Numbered from the whole stretch's first letter, positions 25,213-39,544 are shown. The stretch: DNA of 63,563 nucleotides, filler included, from Octopus bimaculoides (GCF_001194135.2; 7 parts of 6 records of this genome joined end to end with filler, not necessarily neighbours in it); one strand, 5' to 3'. Notes: generated by a model from the letters alone, not told the origin. Made by a program: numbers and translations.

Positions 25213-26820
25213 CATATATATGTGTGTTTGTGTATGTCTGTGTGTGTATTACACACAGACATATATGTATATTTTCACTCAATCACCTTCCACACTTCTT
25301 TGTATATAAATATATATTCATATTTATATTAATGTACATTATATATATATATACACATACATACATATATAGCTGTACGTATATTCATTTCTATAAGTAT
25401 ATAAACATGCATGCGTATGTAATTCTATTACTAACAATTATATGAAAGTAGAGTGATATTAGTTGCAAGGATATAAAAAAAATATTATCAAAAAGGAAAT
25501 AAATAACAGAACTGAATCCCTTTCATCATGTTGGACTCTTCATTTTATCTCCAGACACCACTCAACTAATTTACAGCGGAAACAATCCATTAGTCATACT
25601 AAATCGGACATTGGGAAAAATTAATAAAAACATATTTTTTAGATGTATACATCGATTTCAGTAATCAATCTAGTGTCACAGTTACATCTGTAGAGTAACT
25701 CATATACTGTGATAGAATGATTTAGAATACTCTTAAATAGAAACCAATGTGAATTTTCACTATTTTATTACCAGGAAACTATCACTCTATCATCCAAACT
25801 TTACTTGTGGACGCCTTAAGCTTCATCAGGTCTTTCATTGATACCAATGAAAAAGAAATTGAACTTCTAACGGCGGACGGGAAAACGATTTCGCTGTATT
25901 ATAGTGTTTGAAATTAAAATAATCGGAAATTCCTTTGAACACCTACTATTCTAATGAGTTTAATGATTTGGAGGAATTACTTACTTCAGATTTAAAAAAA
26001 GATTACATTCCTGCACGTTGAAAGAGACTTGTAATGAGATGGTGGCATACGAGTTCTGAAACATTAATTACCGACAAATTTTTCCAGTTAAAATGAGAAC
26101 AAAATCTGACTAATTTTCAAACAATATCAACTTAAGTTAATTAGTTATCATAACATTACAGTTGCTAATATCTTTAATAGTACAATAAGGTTGAATAGAT
26201 CTGTAGGTTATCCGTATAAGAAATTAAGAGAAAAACTCAATTATACCTATCGATTATATAGCACCTCAAAATATTTATCAAAAAAAAAAAAGAAAAAAAT
26301 TAAAGACACATCAACGAGGCTAACTATTTGCAAATCAACTAATCGTTATTGATTCCAAAACACTATACAGCAAAATATGTTTTGCAAAGAAAGATATAAC
26401 GGGAAAATGATTTATTTAGGTGAAAGAAACATCCATTACCAATAATAAAATAAGGAATAAAATAATAAAAAGTTAAACTCCACCTTCAGTAAAATCGTAG
26501 CAACATCACCGATGAGACACTTGTTTTAATAAACCTAATAAAACACACACACACACACACACGCGCGCGCGCAGAAACATCTTAAAAACACCATTAAACT
26601 ACACACACACACACACACACATACTTCCATACATGCGTATTTACATGCATCTATATATAGATACACGTACATGCATACATATATACACACATATATGTAT
26701 GTATGTACATATATATATATATATGTAGCATTTTTGCTTGTTGCAAAATCAGCGATTGTATGTCGCTTGAAATTATATGTATATTGCGAGCAGAAGCGAG
26801 CTAATATGCCATCTGTAACA

Positions 26821-26887
26821 GACGAGGCGTCCAGTACTGAGGAGAGGCAGAAATAGCTCGAAACCAGGCTGGTTTGCTGGTTCCGTC
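26821..26887 (+). ncRNA. Type I hammerhead ribozyme with canonical core and extended stem I
   Basis: Stem I CCAGTA (26831-36)/TGCTGG (26875-80); core CTGAGGA 26837-43; stem II GAG/CTC with a 10-nt loop; GAAA 26860-63; stem III ACCA-GGC-TGGT; GUU triplet; distal GACG(A)GG/TCCGTC pairing beyond an internal loop. Confidence 0.82.
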
Positions 26888-27128
26888 GCTAGAAGGTGGA
26901 AGGGGTTCGCTCCCCTACTTGCAATATCTCGGATACAACTGAGCATCGTTAACCCGCTAGAGGAGATGTCCTCTTGGGGTTAAAAATTCGCAGTAAAGTC
27001 CGTTCGAACGGACAGCCATGTTAAAGTGGTTATGAACATTACTTGTTAGTGCAACTACTGCGTTGATCTCTTAGAGAGATTTTAGAACTACCATTTTTGC
27101 TTATACATACATAGATACATAGATACAT

Positions 27129-27280
27129 AGTGGCTGTGTGATAAGTAGCTTGCTTACCAACCACATGGTTCCGGGTTCAGTGCCACTGCATTGGTTAAGT
27201 GTCTTCTACTATAACTTCGGGCCAACCAAAGCCTTGTGAGTTGATTTGGTCGAAGGAAACTGAAAGGAGCCCGTCGTATC
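27129..27280 (+). mobile_element. SINE family B, tRNA-derived 5' half
   Basis: A-box-like TGGCTGTGTGATAAG and B-box-like GGTTCCGGGTTCAGTGCC, followed by the family B body. Confidence 0.85.
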
Positions 27281-27814
27281 TATAATACATTAAAAGTCAG
27301 TTGCTTGTTTGCATGCAATGTTACCCAGCCAAACTGGCGCATAATGGAAAAATACTATGAATTAAGTTTACCCTGAAATATTAATACGAACGGAATAAAA
27401 TGAGTTTCGCGTAAATCGGACAAGTAGTTTTAAAGATATTAGAGGCTTTTGGGTATAAATACCCAAAACGGTACATAGTGGAAAAATATTCCGAAAATAA
27501 TCCTGAAAGAGAAGAAATTCTTATCTTTCTATTAAACACAGTGATTTGACAACGAAAAAATACGAGCTTTTTACAGTAAATGTTTCTATTTTCGCTTTTG
27601 TTAAACACAATATTTTAATAATTTAGAAATATTTTTAAGAGAATGTGATTTCAAAAATGTAAGTTGTTTGTACAGTAAGTATTTATATTTTAGCCTTCTT
27701 TAAACAGACAATATTTTAATGTTTTTTTAAAAATTATTTTCATGTGAATACCATTACAAAAATATTTTTGGCATATTTAAAAAAATATTTTAAAGTGAAA
27801 ATGACTTCCAAACC

Positions 27815-28175
27815 ACGTGGTTTCGGCTTTATGTCATAGCGTGGCATCTTGCGCAAGTATCTTCCACTATAGCATCGAGTGGACCAAAGCCTTGAGAGTG
27901 GATTTGGTTGACGAAACTGAAAGAAGCCCGTCTTATACCTATCTATCTATCTATCTATCTATGGTAAGTGTGAGTGTATATGTGTGTACCTTTGTCCCTT
28001 AATACCGCTTGATAATCGGTGTTGGTGTGTTTATGTCTCTGTAATTTAGCGGTTCGCCAAGAAACCGATGGAATAAATATTGGGCATAAAGAATAAATAA
28101 TTACTGCGGTCGATTCATTCAGCTAAAAAATTTTCGATGCGGTGCTCCAGTATGGCCGCAGTCTCATGACTACAT
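27815..28175 (+). mobile_element. SINE family B, near full length with internal microsatellite
   Basis: Head, (CTAT)n/GT spacer and tail; this copy links the head and tail fragments seen elsewhere. Confidence 0.8.
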
Positions 28176-28339
28176 GTAAATATGAAAGATATATATATAT
28201 ACATATATATATATATGGACATATGGATATGCCTATATATTTGGATAACTGTGTAAACGGGTGTGTATAAATACATGCATTTATGCACACTTATCTCTCT
28301 CTCATTCCTCTCTCTCTCTCCCCCTCTCTCTCTCACTCA

Positions 28340-28372
<33 letters not shown>

Positions 28373-28578
28373 TCGCTATCTATATGTATGTATCTTTGTA
28401 TTAATAAATTCATATATTTATTTATGTCTGCTTTTGGGTCACAATTGTTGTAGTAAATTGAAATAGTTATATTCTGTATATCTTTCTATTATATCCTGTA
28501 CATGCACATATACGCACGCACACACACACACACACACGCACACACACCTCTTTCGTTCTCTTTCTCTCTCTCTCTCTC

Positions 28579-28619
<41 letters not shown>

Positions 28620-28931
28620 TTATATTCATGAATATATATATATGCACATTCTGTATATATTTCTATGTTGGCATGTTTGATATGATCTGCTAATGAAAAT
28701 ATACGGAAGCTTTTTCGCAACATATGGCCAAGTTTGTTTATATAATTATCATTTAATGGTACAGCAGGTAAGTGTTGTACTCATTGTATATATTTACTTT
28801 ACGGAGTTTACGACATAATCGGATGTTTTTATGCATTTATGCGCGCGCGCGCGCGTGTATGTGTGTGTATGCGTGCGCGATCGCGTATGTGCGTGTCTTT
28901 GTTATATTAAAAATCATATATATCTCATATG

Positions 28932-28973
<42 letters not shown>

Positions 28974-29764
28974 NNNNNNNNNNNNNNNNNNNNNNNNNNN
29001 NNNNNNNNNNNNNNNNNNNNNNNNNNNNNNNNNNNNNNNNNNNNNNNNNNNNNNNNNNNNNNNNNNNNNNNNNNNNNNNNNNNNNNNNNNNNNNNNNNNN
29101 NNNNNNNNNNNNNNNNNNNNNNNNNNNNNNNNNNNNNNNNNNNNNNNNNNNNNNNNNNNNNNNNNNNNNNNNNNNNNNNNNNNNNNNNNNNNNNNNNNNN
29201 NNNNNNNNNNNNNNNNNNNNNNNNNNNNNNNNNNNNNNNNNNNNNNNNNNNNNNNNNNNNNNNNNNNNNNNNNNNNNNNNNNNNNNNNNNNNNNNNNNNN
29301 NNNNNNNNNNNNNNNNNNNNNNNNNNNNNNNNNNNNNNNNNNNNNNNNNNNNNNNNNNNNNNNNNNNNNTATATAATTGTTAAAGAGGACAACCAACGTT
29401 AAGGCAAGGCAAACATGTCAAGTTGTATACAATATTATTATTGGAACACATTCAAAGTCTTACAGCTGTTTCTGGAATGTCCTCGAGTATGGGATATTCG
29501 GTCATCAGAGACAAATAAAGGAAAATAGGGGAAGAAGAGAATGGTACATATCAATGAGATGTTTAAAGAGAGGAAGTGATTAAAAGAATAAGGAGATGGA
29601 GAGAGAGGAGAGAAAAGAAAAAAGGCATGAAAGTTTATAATTCAGCTTCCTGATGTTGCAATAACAAGAACTTGAGTGCTTAGGTGGTATGTTGAGTATA
29701 TCCATGGGTATAATTCCTTGGAAGTAATCCTGCGTAGATCCATAGATACACTCAGTCTTCGAAT

Positions 29765-30025
29765 GGACGTGATCTGGTCATCATTGTAAACAACAATCTG
29801 CGTTGGACGACCAGCATCTCTAAGGTTGTCAAGAAGGCTGAGTGGGTGCTAGCATCACTCAGTAAGACCTTTGTCAGCCGCTCTCCCGCTATCTGTTTAG
29901 AATTGTATACGACAGTGGTACGTCCACACTTGGAATTTGCACCACCAGTCTGGAACCCCTATCTTGCTCAGCATATAGATCTCCTGGAAACTGTTCAGAA
30001 ACGTGCAACAAAACGAATACCTACC
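29765..30025 (+). pseudogene. CR1-clade LINE RT C-terminal fragment
   Basis: RDLVIIVNNNLRW...KKAEWVLASLSKTFVSR...LYTTVVRPHLEFAPPVWNPY...LLETVQKRATKRIP matches the CR1 motif VRPHLEY..VWSP...LE.VQRRATK. Confidence 0.88.
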
Positions 30026-31517
30026 GACAGACATCAACCACAGTCAAATGACTGAAACAAGTAAAAGAGTAAAAGAGTAAAGAGAGTTGTAAGAAAAATC
30101 TGTTGCTATATAAAACAACCATCTAAACCACAGAATTTCGGTTGCAAAGTGTCCTATCGAAAAGCTCGAAACTCATTAGAGTAACTGGAAACATTATCCT
30201 TAAAATAATAATTATCCCCCCAAAAGTCATCTCTACTCATTTTTTCAAATATATTAAACTGTAACAAGAACTTTTTTATTATTCTACTACACACACACAC
30301 ACACACGCACACACACACACACACACACACNNNNNNNNNNNNNNNNNNNNNNNNNNNNNNNNNNNNNNNNNNNNNNNNNNNNNNNNNNNNNNNNNNNNNN
30401 NNNNNNNNNNNNNNNNNNNNNNNNNNNNNNNNNNNNNNNNNNNNNNNNNNNNNNNNNNNNNNNNNNNNNNNNNNNNNNNNNNNNNNNNNNNNNNNNNNNN
30501 NNNNNNNNNNNNNNNNNNNNNNNNNNNNNNNNNNNNNNNNNNNNNNNNNNNNNNNNNNNNNNNNNNNNNNNNNNNNNNNNNNNNNNNNNNNNNNNNNNNN
30601 NNNNNNNNNNNNNNNNNNNNNNNNNNNNNNNNNNNNNNNNNNNNNNNNNNNNNNNNNNNNNNNNNNNNNNNNNNNNNNNNNNNNNNNNNNNNNNNNNNNN
30701 NNNNNNNNNNNNNNNNNNNNNNNNNNNNNNNNNNNNNNNNNNNNNNNNNNNNNNNNNNNNNNNNNNNNNNNNNNNNNNNNNNNNNNNNNNNNNNNNNNNN
30801 NNNNNNNNNNNNNNNNNNNNNNNNNNNNNNNNNNNNNNNNNNNNNNNNNNNNNNNNNNNNNNNNNNNNNNNNNNNNNNNNNNNNNNNNNNNNNNNNNNNN
30901 NNNNNNNNTATATATATATACATATATATATACATACATACATACATTCGAGATTCTGTCCCTTATAAATTCTATCTAATTGACAAATCAGTTGTCCAGT
31001 ATATGAGAAACAGCGATAAGATGGATGATATGATTAGATTTAAACAGTTGTAGCACTTTCTCTAAGAAACATCGTATCCTGCGATACCTTGTCAGGCTGA
31101 ATGTGTCTGACTGTGCTCAGAGCTATTGTGGTTTTAGTTTTGTATTATCTATGTGAATATTGTCGTAAGTGCGAATTTAGAGCCATGCCTATATATAAAC
31201 ATAGAGGGAGATATATTGAGAGCGTATGTTGTAAGAATCACGACTAACAACTTTCTGTGTGTATGTGTGTGTGTGCATATATACATATATATATGTATAT
31301 ATATATATATATAAAGCGATATATGCATACATATATGCATATATGTATATATTATATATATATATATATATACATATATATATGTATATTTATGTGCATG
31401 TATGGATGGTGGATGGTACAAGCTTCAACTAAAGACAATGTTATCTTCATAAAGTAAAACAGTCTGATGTTTAGTCAACACGAACCAGGGAGAAAGACAG
31501 AAACCAAATTGGTGGGG

Positions 31518-31559
<42 letters not shown>

Positions 31560-32045
31560 TCATAAAGAGATATATAGATAGAGAGAAAGGGGAAAGATGG
31601 AAGTGCCCACCAGGTAGATCGAAATTGCGAAAGACACCAAACTTATTATCCTTCCTTCGGCTCCAGGATATAAGTTGGTAAAAACATGGTTAATCTTCGA
31701 CAATGAACTTGTTCCGTATTTCCTCCCCAATGTGGCATTTTAGCCATTATGTGTTTCCGTGTATCACCAACCATGTCTTCTGTCCATTCGAAAAACACAA
31801 AACTAACTTTCGGTGCGCTTTCCCCACCCCCTCCTCCCCACCGTTTCAGTGTTTCGTTGGTCCGTTCCTTCGTTTGTTGCGTTGTTACTGCAATAATTTT
31901 TGCGTCGGTCGCAAAGATGCCTCTCGGGTCGATTGAAATTGCGAAATGGGAAACAACGGCAGCAACAACAAGAACACCACATCCATAACATGGCCCCCCC
32001 GCCAAACAAGAACAAGACCTCCATTAATACTAGTAATAATGTTGT

Positions 32046-32076
<31 letters not shown>

Positions 32077-32133
32077 TTCGTGGTGGTGGTCGTCGTCGTC
32101 ACCATCATCATCAACATTATTATGATTATTATG

Positions 32134-32174
<41 letters not shown>

Positions 32175-32314
32175 GGTGGTAGTATTAGTAAGATATTCAG
32201 TAAAGAGCTTTGAGGCAGTTTCAAAACTAAACTCTGAACACGGTTAAATCCCTAACATATGAAGATGAGCTGGCGCAGATTATGTCTTGTAAACTGTACA
32301 AAAATAACGTGTGT

Positions 32315-32357
<43 letters not shown>

Positions 32358-33093
32358 NNNNNNNNNNNNNNNNNNNNNNNNNNNNNNNNNNNNNNNNNNN
32401 NNNNNNNNNNNNNNNNNNNNNNNNNNNNNNNNNNNNNNNNNNNNNNNNNNNNNNNNNNNNNNNNNNNNNNNNNNNNNNNNNNNNNNNNNNNNNNNNNNNN
32501 NNNNNNNNNNNNNNNNNNNNNNNNNNNNNNNNNNNNNNNNNNNNNNNNNNNNNNNNNNNNNNNNNNNNNNNNNNNNNNNNNNNNNNNNNNNNNNNNNNNN
32601 NNNNNNNNNNNNNNNNNNNNNNNNNNNNNNNNNNNNNNNNNNNNNNNNNNNNNNNNNNNNNNNNNNNNNNNNNNNNNNNNNNNNNNNNNNNNNNNNNNNN
32701 NNNNNNNNNNNNNNNNNNNNNNNNNNNNNNNNNNNNNNNNNNNNNNNNNNNNNNNNNNNNNNNNNNNNNNNNNNNNNNNNNNNNNNNNNNNNNNNNNNNN
32801 NNNTATATGTACATATATAGGTATGTACATATATAGATATTGTTATACATATACATCCATCCACATATACATATACATCCACAACTCTGTATAGTATTGC
32901 GATATTGTGTCCGGGCTAACGGTCATAAATCGAAATTTGTCAACATAGAAACCATGGTTTGTACTATTTAATGTTGCTGGGGCGAAAAATCGCGCTGGCC
33001 GCCATTAATATACAGACGATACGGAATATCAAGAGGGAAGACTGGACGGTGGGGAGATACAAAAGAGAGTGAGAGGGGAGATGTGAGAGATTG

Positions 33094-33196
<103 letters not shown>

Positions 33197-33454
33197 TGAG
33201 GAGAGTAAATAAAATAAAGGGAAAAGATATATAGAAACGAAGATGGTGAAACGCGTGAAGATGAAAGTATTGTGTGTTCTCTAAGAATGATAAAAGCAAC
33301 CGTGTGTGTGTGTGTGTGTGTTGATATATTTCTTTGTCACGTGTTGTTTCTTTTAATCTAACTACATCTCTCCCTTCCTAACTGTCTATATAAGCAATAT
33401 GCACCATCTCTTTCTTTCTTTCTCTTTATCTCTCTCTGTGTCTCTTTCTCTCTC

Positions 33455-33496
<42 letters not shown>

Positions 33497-33530
33497 CAAA
33501 CATACATATATATATATATATACACATACA

Positions 33531-33562
<32 letters not shown>

Positions 33563-35256
33563 CATAGACACATACATACATACATTTATATATATATATA
33601 TATATATATNNNNNNNNNNNNNNNNNNNNNNNNNNNNNNNNNNNNNNNNNNNNTTAATTAATTAANNNNNNNNNNNNNNNNNNNNNNNNNNNNNNNNNNN
33701 NNNNNNNNNTTTTTTTTTTTTTTTTGTACTTGGTACCTTGGTCGACCATTTCTGTACAGAACTGGAAAATCATATCATGAATGCACGTCGGTAGTTAAGC
33801 GGTGTAGATCACCGGTTGTTGTCTGCTGAACAATCGGAGGTGGGAGAGTCTTCCCAGAAAAAAGTTTTAGTATATAATTCTTTGTTTAAGACTGAAAATA
33901 GTAGTCGGAAACATGGTGCTGTTTCCGGGGTAAAATATTGTAGCGTTTTGATCTGTTCTTATTAGTCTGAACTATGTCATTCATGAGTCACTTTCGGTCT
34001 CTCCTTTTTCTCATTATTTCCAAATAACCTTTGAAAGGCCTGTGATGTTTTCCAGGTTTTAAGGAATGAAAAATATATTGTTCTGGTGTTAGTGCCTTTA
34101 AATATAGTTTTTTGTAAACCGCATTATGGGTGGTTGATGTAATGCAAGTGCTTGACATTTAAGAAGCAGAACTCCAGAACTATATGTCAGCTCCCTACAC
34201 ACTAAGTAACGAATATTTTTTGCAGTATAACACTACACACGTTTCTTCGCAGTTGTACCTCACTTTGATGTTATTTAAACAGCTTACTTGATTAATCACA
34301 GTACAAGAAACGTTTTGCAATAAAGGAAAAAAATTATATTATAACACTGGATTCTTCAGTAATGTAGTATAGTAGTTTATACCATACGACAATTGTGTTC
34401 TTAAGTAACTGTTCATTTAAGATCGAGTACTCTTGATGACTGTTTCCTTTTCAAAAGAAACTCTTTGTTGTTTATTCAATCATTAGTTAAAAGCATTTTG
34501 TTTGGCAACAAACATAAGAGTATGAAGCAATATTGGTGATGATTGTTTCAAATTTCTGAAGCAACGTATCGATATTTCGCGAATAAACTTTTTGATTAAA
34601 CCTTCAAAATTATACGATGTTTTCATCTCCAATCTCTGTGATGCACCCCAAACTCTTAGCTGCTTGATTAAACGTTACTCCAAGAACAACAATTTTCGAC
34701 TCATTTTCTTTTTATAAGTTTCCAGGTCTTAGTTTTTAACATTCATTTCTGAAAACATTCTAATTACATTCATTTCTCTCAATTCTCATTACATTTCAGT
34801 GTGACTAAAAAGGGTTAAAAACTAGATTCTCTTCTTGAAGTAAAATATATTCTAAAAAAAACAAATGAAAACCGAGACAAAACAAGCTGAAGAAACAAAA
34901 ACTAAAACAGAAGAAGTCTATACGATGAAAGAAACTCGAATGAAATCTGTTGTACGATATGAAGAGAAGACACCGGCTTCAAACAGTTTATAATTTCTGA
35001 CAAGAAATTCAATCTTGTTGGCTGTCTGCTTGGAATTCAGTTTGCTTTACTCCACCTGCTGCTCTTTTTTCTAGTTTATCTTCCCATTACTTATTCTTCT
35101 TCCTAGAATATGTCGGGGTCTATTCTTGTCCATCACTGTAGGTTTCTTTAGTTACATTTTTTTCCTTCTATTTTTACTTTCTCATGTTGAACATTTTTAT
35201 TTTTACTCTCTCTCTCTCTTTCTCTCTCTCTCTTTCTCTCTCACTTTCACACACAC

Positions 35257-35306
<50 letters not shown>

Positions 35307-35705
35307 ACACTCTCTTTCAGTCTCTGTCGCAGCTCTTTCATCTCTGATTCTTCTTTTCATTTATTTTATTCATAGTATCCGTACCTTCCTTCAAAACGAT
35401 CATCCTTTCTATAACCCCTTTCTATCTCACTTTCTTTCTCTTTTTCTTTCTATATTCGGATATTACCTAAACACTCTCTTCTCCCCTCCTCCACTCTATA
35501 CCAGTCTTCTTCCTTCCCTATTCCCAACTCTCTCTCTACAAGAATTTCTTAATTTTTACTATCACTTTGCCCTTTCTAAATTCGCTTTTACTTTTCTTGC
35601 TTCTATCTTCGCTATCTGAATTTTAGCTTTCGTGTAAACATTAAACACGCACATAATTACACACACACAAACAAACAATTAAACACACACACACACATGC
35701 ACGCA

Positions 35706-35750
<45 letters not shown>

Positions 35751-35788
35751 GCATGAACAAACACACACATGCGTGCATACTGCATGCT

Positions 35789-36016
35789 GGCGAGCTGGCA
35801 GAAACGTTAAAACGCCGGGCGAAATGCTGAGCTGTATTACGTCTGCCGCTACGTTCTGAGTTCAAATTCCGCCGAGGTCGACTTTGCCTTTCATCCTTTC
35901 GGGGTCGATTAAATAAGTACCAGTTACACACTGGGGTCGATATAATCGACTTAATCCGTTTGTCTGTCCTTGTTTGTCCCCTCTATGTGTAGCCCCTTGT
36001 GGGTAGTAAAGAAATA
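35789..36016 (+). mobile_element. SINE family A, full-length tRNA-derived copy
   Basis: GGCGAGCTGGCAGAAACGTTA head, GAGTTCAAATTCC B-box, core GCCTTTCATCCTTTCGGGGTCGAT..AAGTACCAG..CTGGGGTCGAT.TAATCGACT. Confidence 0.9.
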
Positions 36017-36697
36017 ACAAGCATACACACACACACACACGAACAATCACACTGAGTTTTACACACACGTTCAACAGTACGTAAACACACTATAAAATTA
36101 TTTTCCTTTCAATTGTTTTCTAATGTTAACTATAATTCAGCTAACACACTATTGTATACCTCCCCCACTCGCCACTGTTATGTTTTGCTTTCTTTTTATT
36201 TACCTTCGTTTCATTTATCCTCTTCTGCCTCATATTCCTTTCTTTCTTGTATAATCCTCATTACCCTATCTCATTCTCTATAATCTTTCTACCCGACCTC
36301 CCTTTTTTTCTTCCTGTTACTACTACTACTACTACTACTACTTCCTCTTCTTCACCTCTTCTTCTTCTTCTTCTTCTTCTTCTTCTTCTTCTTCTTCTTC
36401 TTCTTCTTCTCCTTCTCCTCTTTCTCCTTCGTACTTCTTTCTTTCTTTTTTCTTATTTTCTGTCGTTTTGTAGTCGTTGCAGCTTGGGTGGCGAACTCCT
36501 TGACTGATAGAAAAAAGAAAGACGGGAAGAGAAAAGATTAAAGAGAGAAAAAAACAAAGAAGCAAAGCGAACATACAAACGCACGCATACGCACGCATAC
36601 GCACGCACACATATACACACACACATACGCTCGCGCGCGCGCACATACACACACACTCAAATACAGACTAACAACTACAAAATTAGTAGCAATGATG

Positions 36698-36735
<38 letters not shown>

Positions 36736-37130
36736 TCAACTTCTAACAGCAAACACAACGAAGAACAAGGCAAAAAATCATTTTGACTGAAAAAACATGC
36801 GCTTATATGACATAAGAGAAAGTAGAAGAAAGGTACACACAAGTATTTCCAACAATTTCAACGGTCTAGGTGGATATGCTTCTTATACAAATGCATATCG
36901 AGCACTCAGATATTAAAAAAACTACATTAAAAAGCATCGGTACATGTGTGCGCTCGTGTGAATGGTGTATATTTGTATGTATGTAAACATACATATATAC
37001 TGGATTGGATTGGATTGGATTGGATTGCCTGTATTCAGTTTACTGCAGGACGAAGGCCTCAGTATGCTCTATCCACCAACCACGGTCCAGTATGGAGGCT
37101 GTGAATTTGAAATTGAGATTATACTAGTTT

Positions 37131-37270
37131 GAAGTGAACTGGCAGAACCGTTAGCAGGCTGGGTGAAATACTTAGAGGTATTTGTCTGTCCTTGTGTACT
37201 GATTTCGAACCTTTCGGGTTCAGTAAAATAAGCACCAGTTGAGATCTGAGGTCGATGTAATCGACTTAAC
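37131..37270 (+). mobile_element. SINE family A, decayed copy
   Basis: CTGGCAGAACCGTTAGCA...CCTTTCGGG...GAGGTCGATGTAATCGACTT. Confidence 0.7.
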
Positions 37271-38194
37271 TACGATTGGGCAAGACTACACAGCATGCTC
37301 TCCCCTGCCAAACCATGAGGAGCCAGTGTGACAGAGTAGGCTCATCAAATTAGTATGATCTCAAGTTCAAAAATACACAAACATACATACATACATACGT
37401 ACGTACATACATACATACATACATACATGCTGTTATAAATAGGAGGTATGTATATAGGTATGTCCATAAGTATGTACGTTTATAACTTACTAAGTGTTAG
37501 TAAATATCTTTAAGCAATACAGGTGAAGAGGTAACCAAAATATGTAATGACGCGTCAATTAATGATAGCAATGAGAAAAGATATTGTATTCCATTCCACG
37601 CGTTATTTCAAAGATAGTAAAATATTTCGGAAAAAAATCCCCTTTTCAAATTGAAGGCAGGACGTAAACAAAGACTTTGGAGAAATATATTTTTACTCAC
37701 AAGAATGATCTACTGATAACACCACATTTCTCTGAGCATTTTTTTTTTTCTGCTTCAAAAAGAGTATTTTTCTCGAAATACTATGGGATTTCTAAACAAT
37801 CTACATAAAAAAAAATTAATATATCTTTCTTATTTGTTTGCACCCGTCAACGTCACCTCACATATTTTGCATTGCTCAAAGGTTTATTACAGTACGTCAT
37901 GTCTCACACTCTATCCCTTTCTCAGAGTTTACATCTCTTCATGGCAGTTTTCACCCATCATCTCAAGGTTTCTTTCAACTCATATTAACCCAATCACTCT
38001 TACCTTTATTCACTACTGCTGCTCAGAGTTTCCAGATGAGCAAGTCTTTTCCCTATTGTTCATTCCGTCAACTGACCCGAGAAGTTGAATTAGATATGGC
38101 CGGACAATTGAACAGAGTCGTTGTAATAGTGAAACAATTTTAGAGCAATAAACATTTTATTTGAGTAATGATATATTACTAAAATGCATATAAC

Positions 38195-38234
<40 letters not shown>

Positions 38235-39544
38235 AACACAAACACACAAGACAATACACATACACACACACATCTACTTACATATACCAAAAGTATTCAC
38301 AAAGAAACAGCAAATATACAAATATATTTTTATATATCGATAAAAATATTGACTTTAATATAAAAAATATAAAAACATAAAAAATCGGAACTTTAACAAA
38401 ATAAAATCATAAAATAAAAATATTACTTAAATACTTAATGCTTGTGAGTGTGTTTGTGTGCAGCTCTGTGTGTATATGTGCCAGTATGTATACGCGCACT
38501 TATATATATATATATGCATATTTATCATACAATATCACTTTAAATTTGCTTATGATTTCATAGGTTGAATTGCCGCATAAATCAATGTAATCATTCAATA
38601 ATGAACATTATTCTTGTGAATTGTAGTGGTTCTATCTCATTACAGATTAGAGATTAGTTGCGTCAGACATGGTGGAAACAGTATGACCAATAGTTTTGCC
38701 ATAATACGTACAACAATGATATAATACAATAATACAATATAATACAATAATACAACACAACACAATAATATAAATGTGTATTGATATGTTGATATAGATA
38801 TCATGATGCAATGGATTTACTGTCGAGCAGCATGTACTGAGCGCATAAACTCGAATGAATTAACCAATTGAAAGTGATGTGAAAGAAGGCAATATAAAAA
38901 TTGATTTCATAGAGTGACGTCTTTACTCTGGTTTTAGTATTTCTTTCTCTTTGTCCATCTCTCCTCATATCCATTCAAAATCCATTTCCCTCCGTCACTT
39001 CATCTCTCTCTTCATCTCACTCTCACTTTTCCTCTATATATGTGAGCATAAGCTTACAGATAAACATCTTCAAATATATATAAATTCTCTTATGAGTGTG
39101 GCTATAAATTTTATTATAAATATCAATACAATTTATTCTATACTTTATAAATACATAAAAATGAATAAATAGACGTAATATCGACAAGTGTCTAAACAGT
39201 TCTTTTCAGACTAACGATATTCCGGATACGATCCAATTGCATGGCACCTTGAACAAAAACCGACAGCAAGGCTGTGAGTCGAGCCAAAGCATGTAAGTGA
39301 GACTAGGTAGTAGGAAACTGTACAGAAGCCTGTTCGATGGATTGCATTGGCAAATAATAGTTCCAAGGAGGCCGAACTGTGTCACGCTGGTTCTAGTAGA
39401 GAATTACATGAAGAGTGCTCGTGTCCGTAGAATATTTAGCTACTTACACTCCAGTTCAATGGCCATATACTTCAATTGATTGAACAACTAAATGATCATT
39501 ATCGAAAGCAACAGGGTTCCATTATTACTTAAAAGCCTGCCTGT

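Noticed and set aside
26808-26924. HDV-like double-pseudoknot reading (P1 GCCATCT/AGAAGGT, L3 TTCCGTCG, P4 AGGGG/CCCCT)
   Set aside because: P3 and J4/2 are non-canonical, and the same bases form a complete canonical hammerhead, which explains them better.
37001-37027. (TGGAT)n pentamer run
   Set aside because: Only about five units; an ordinary short tandem repeat, not telomeric or a satellite array.
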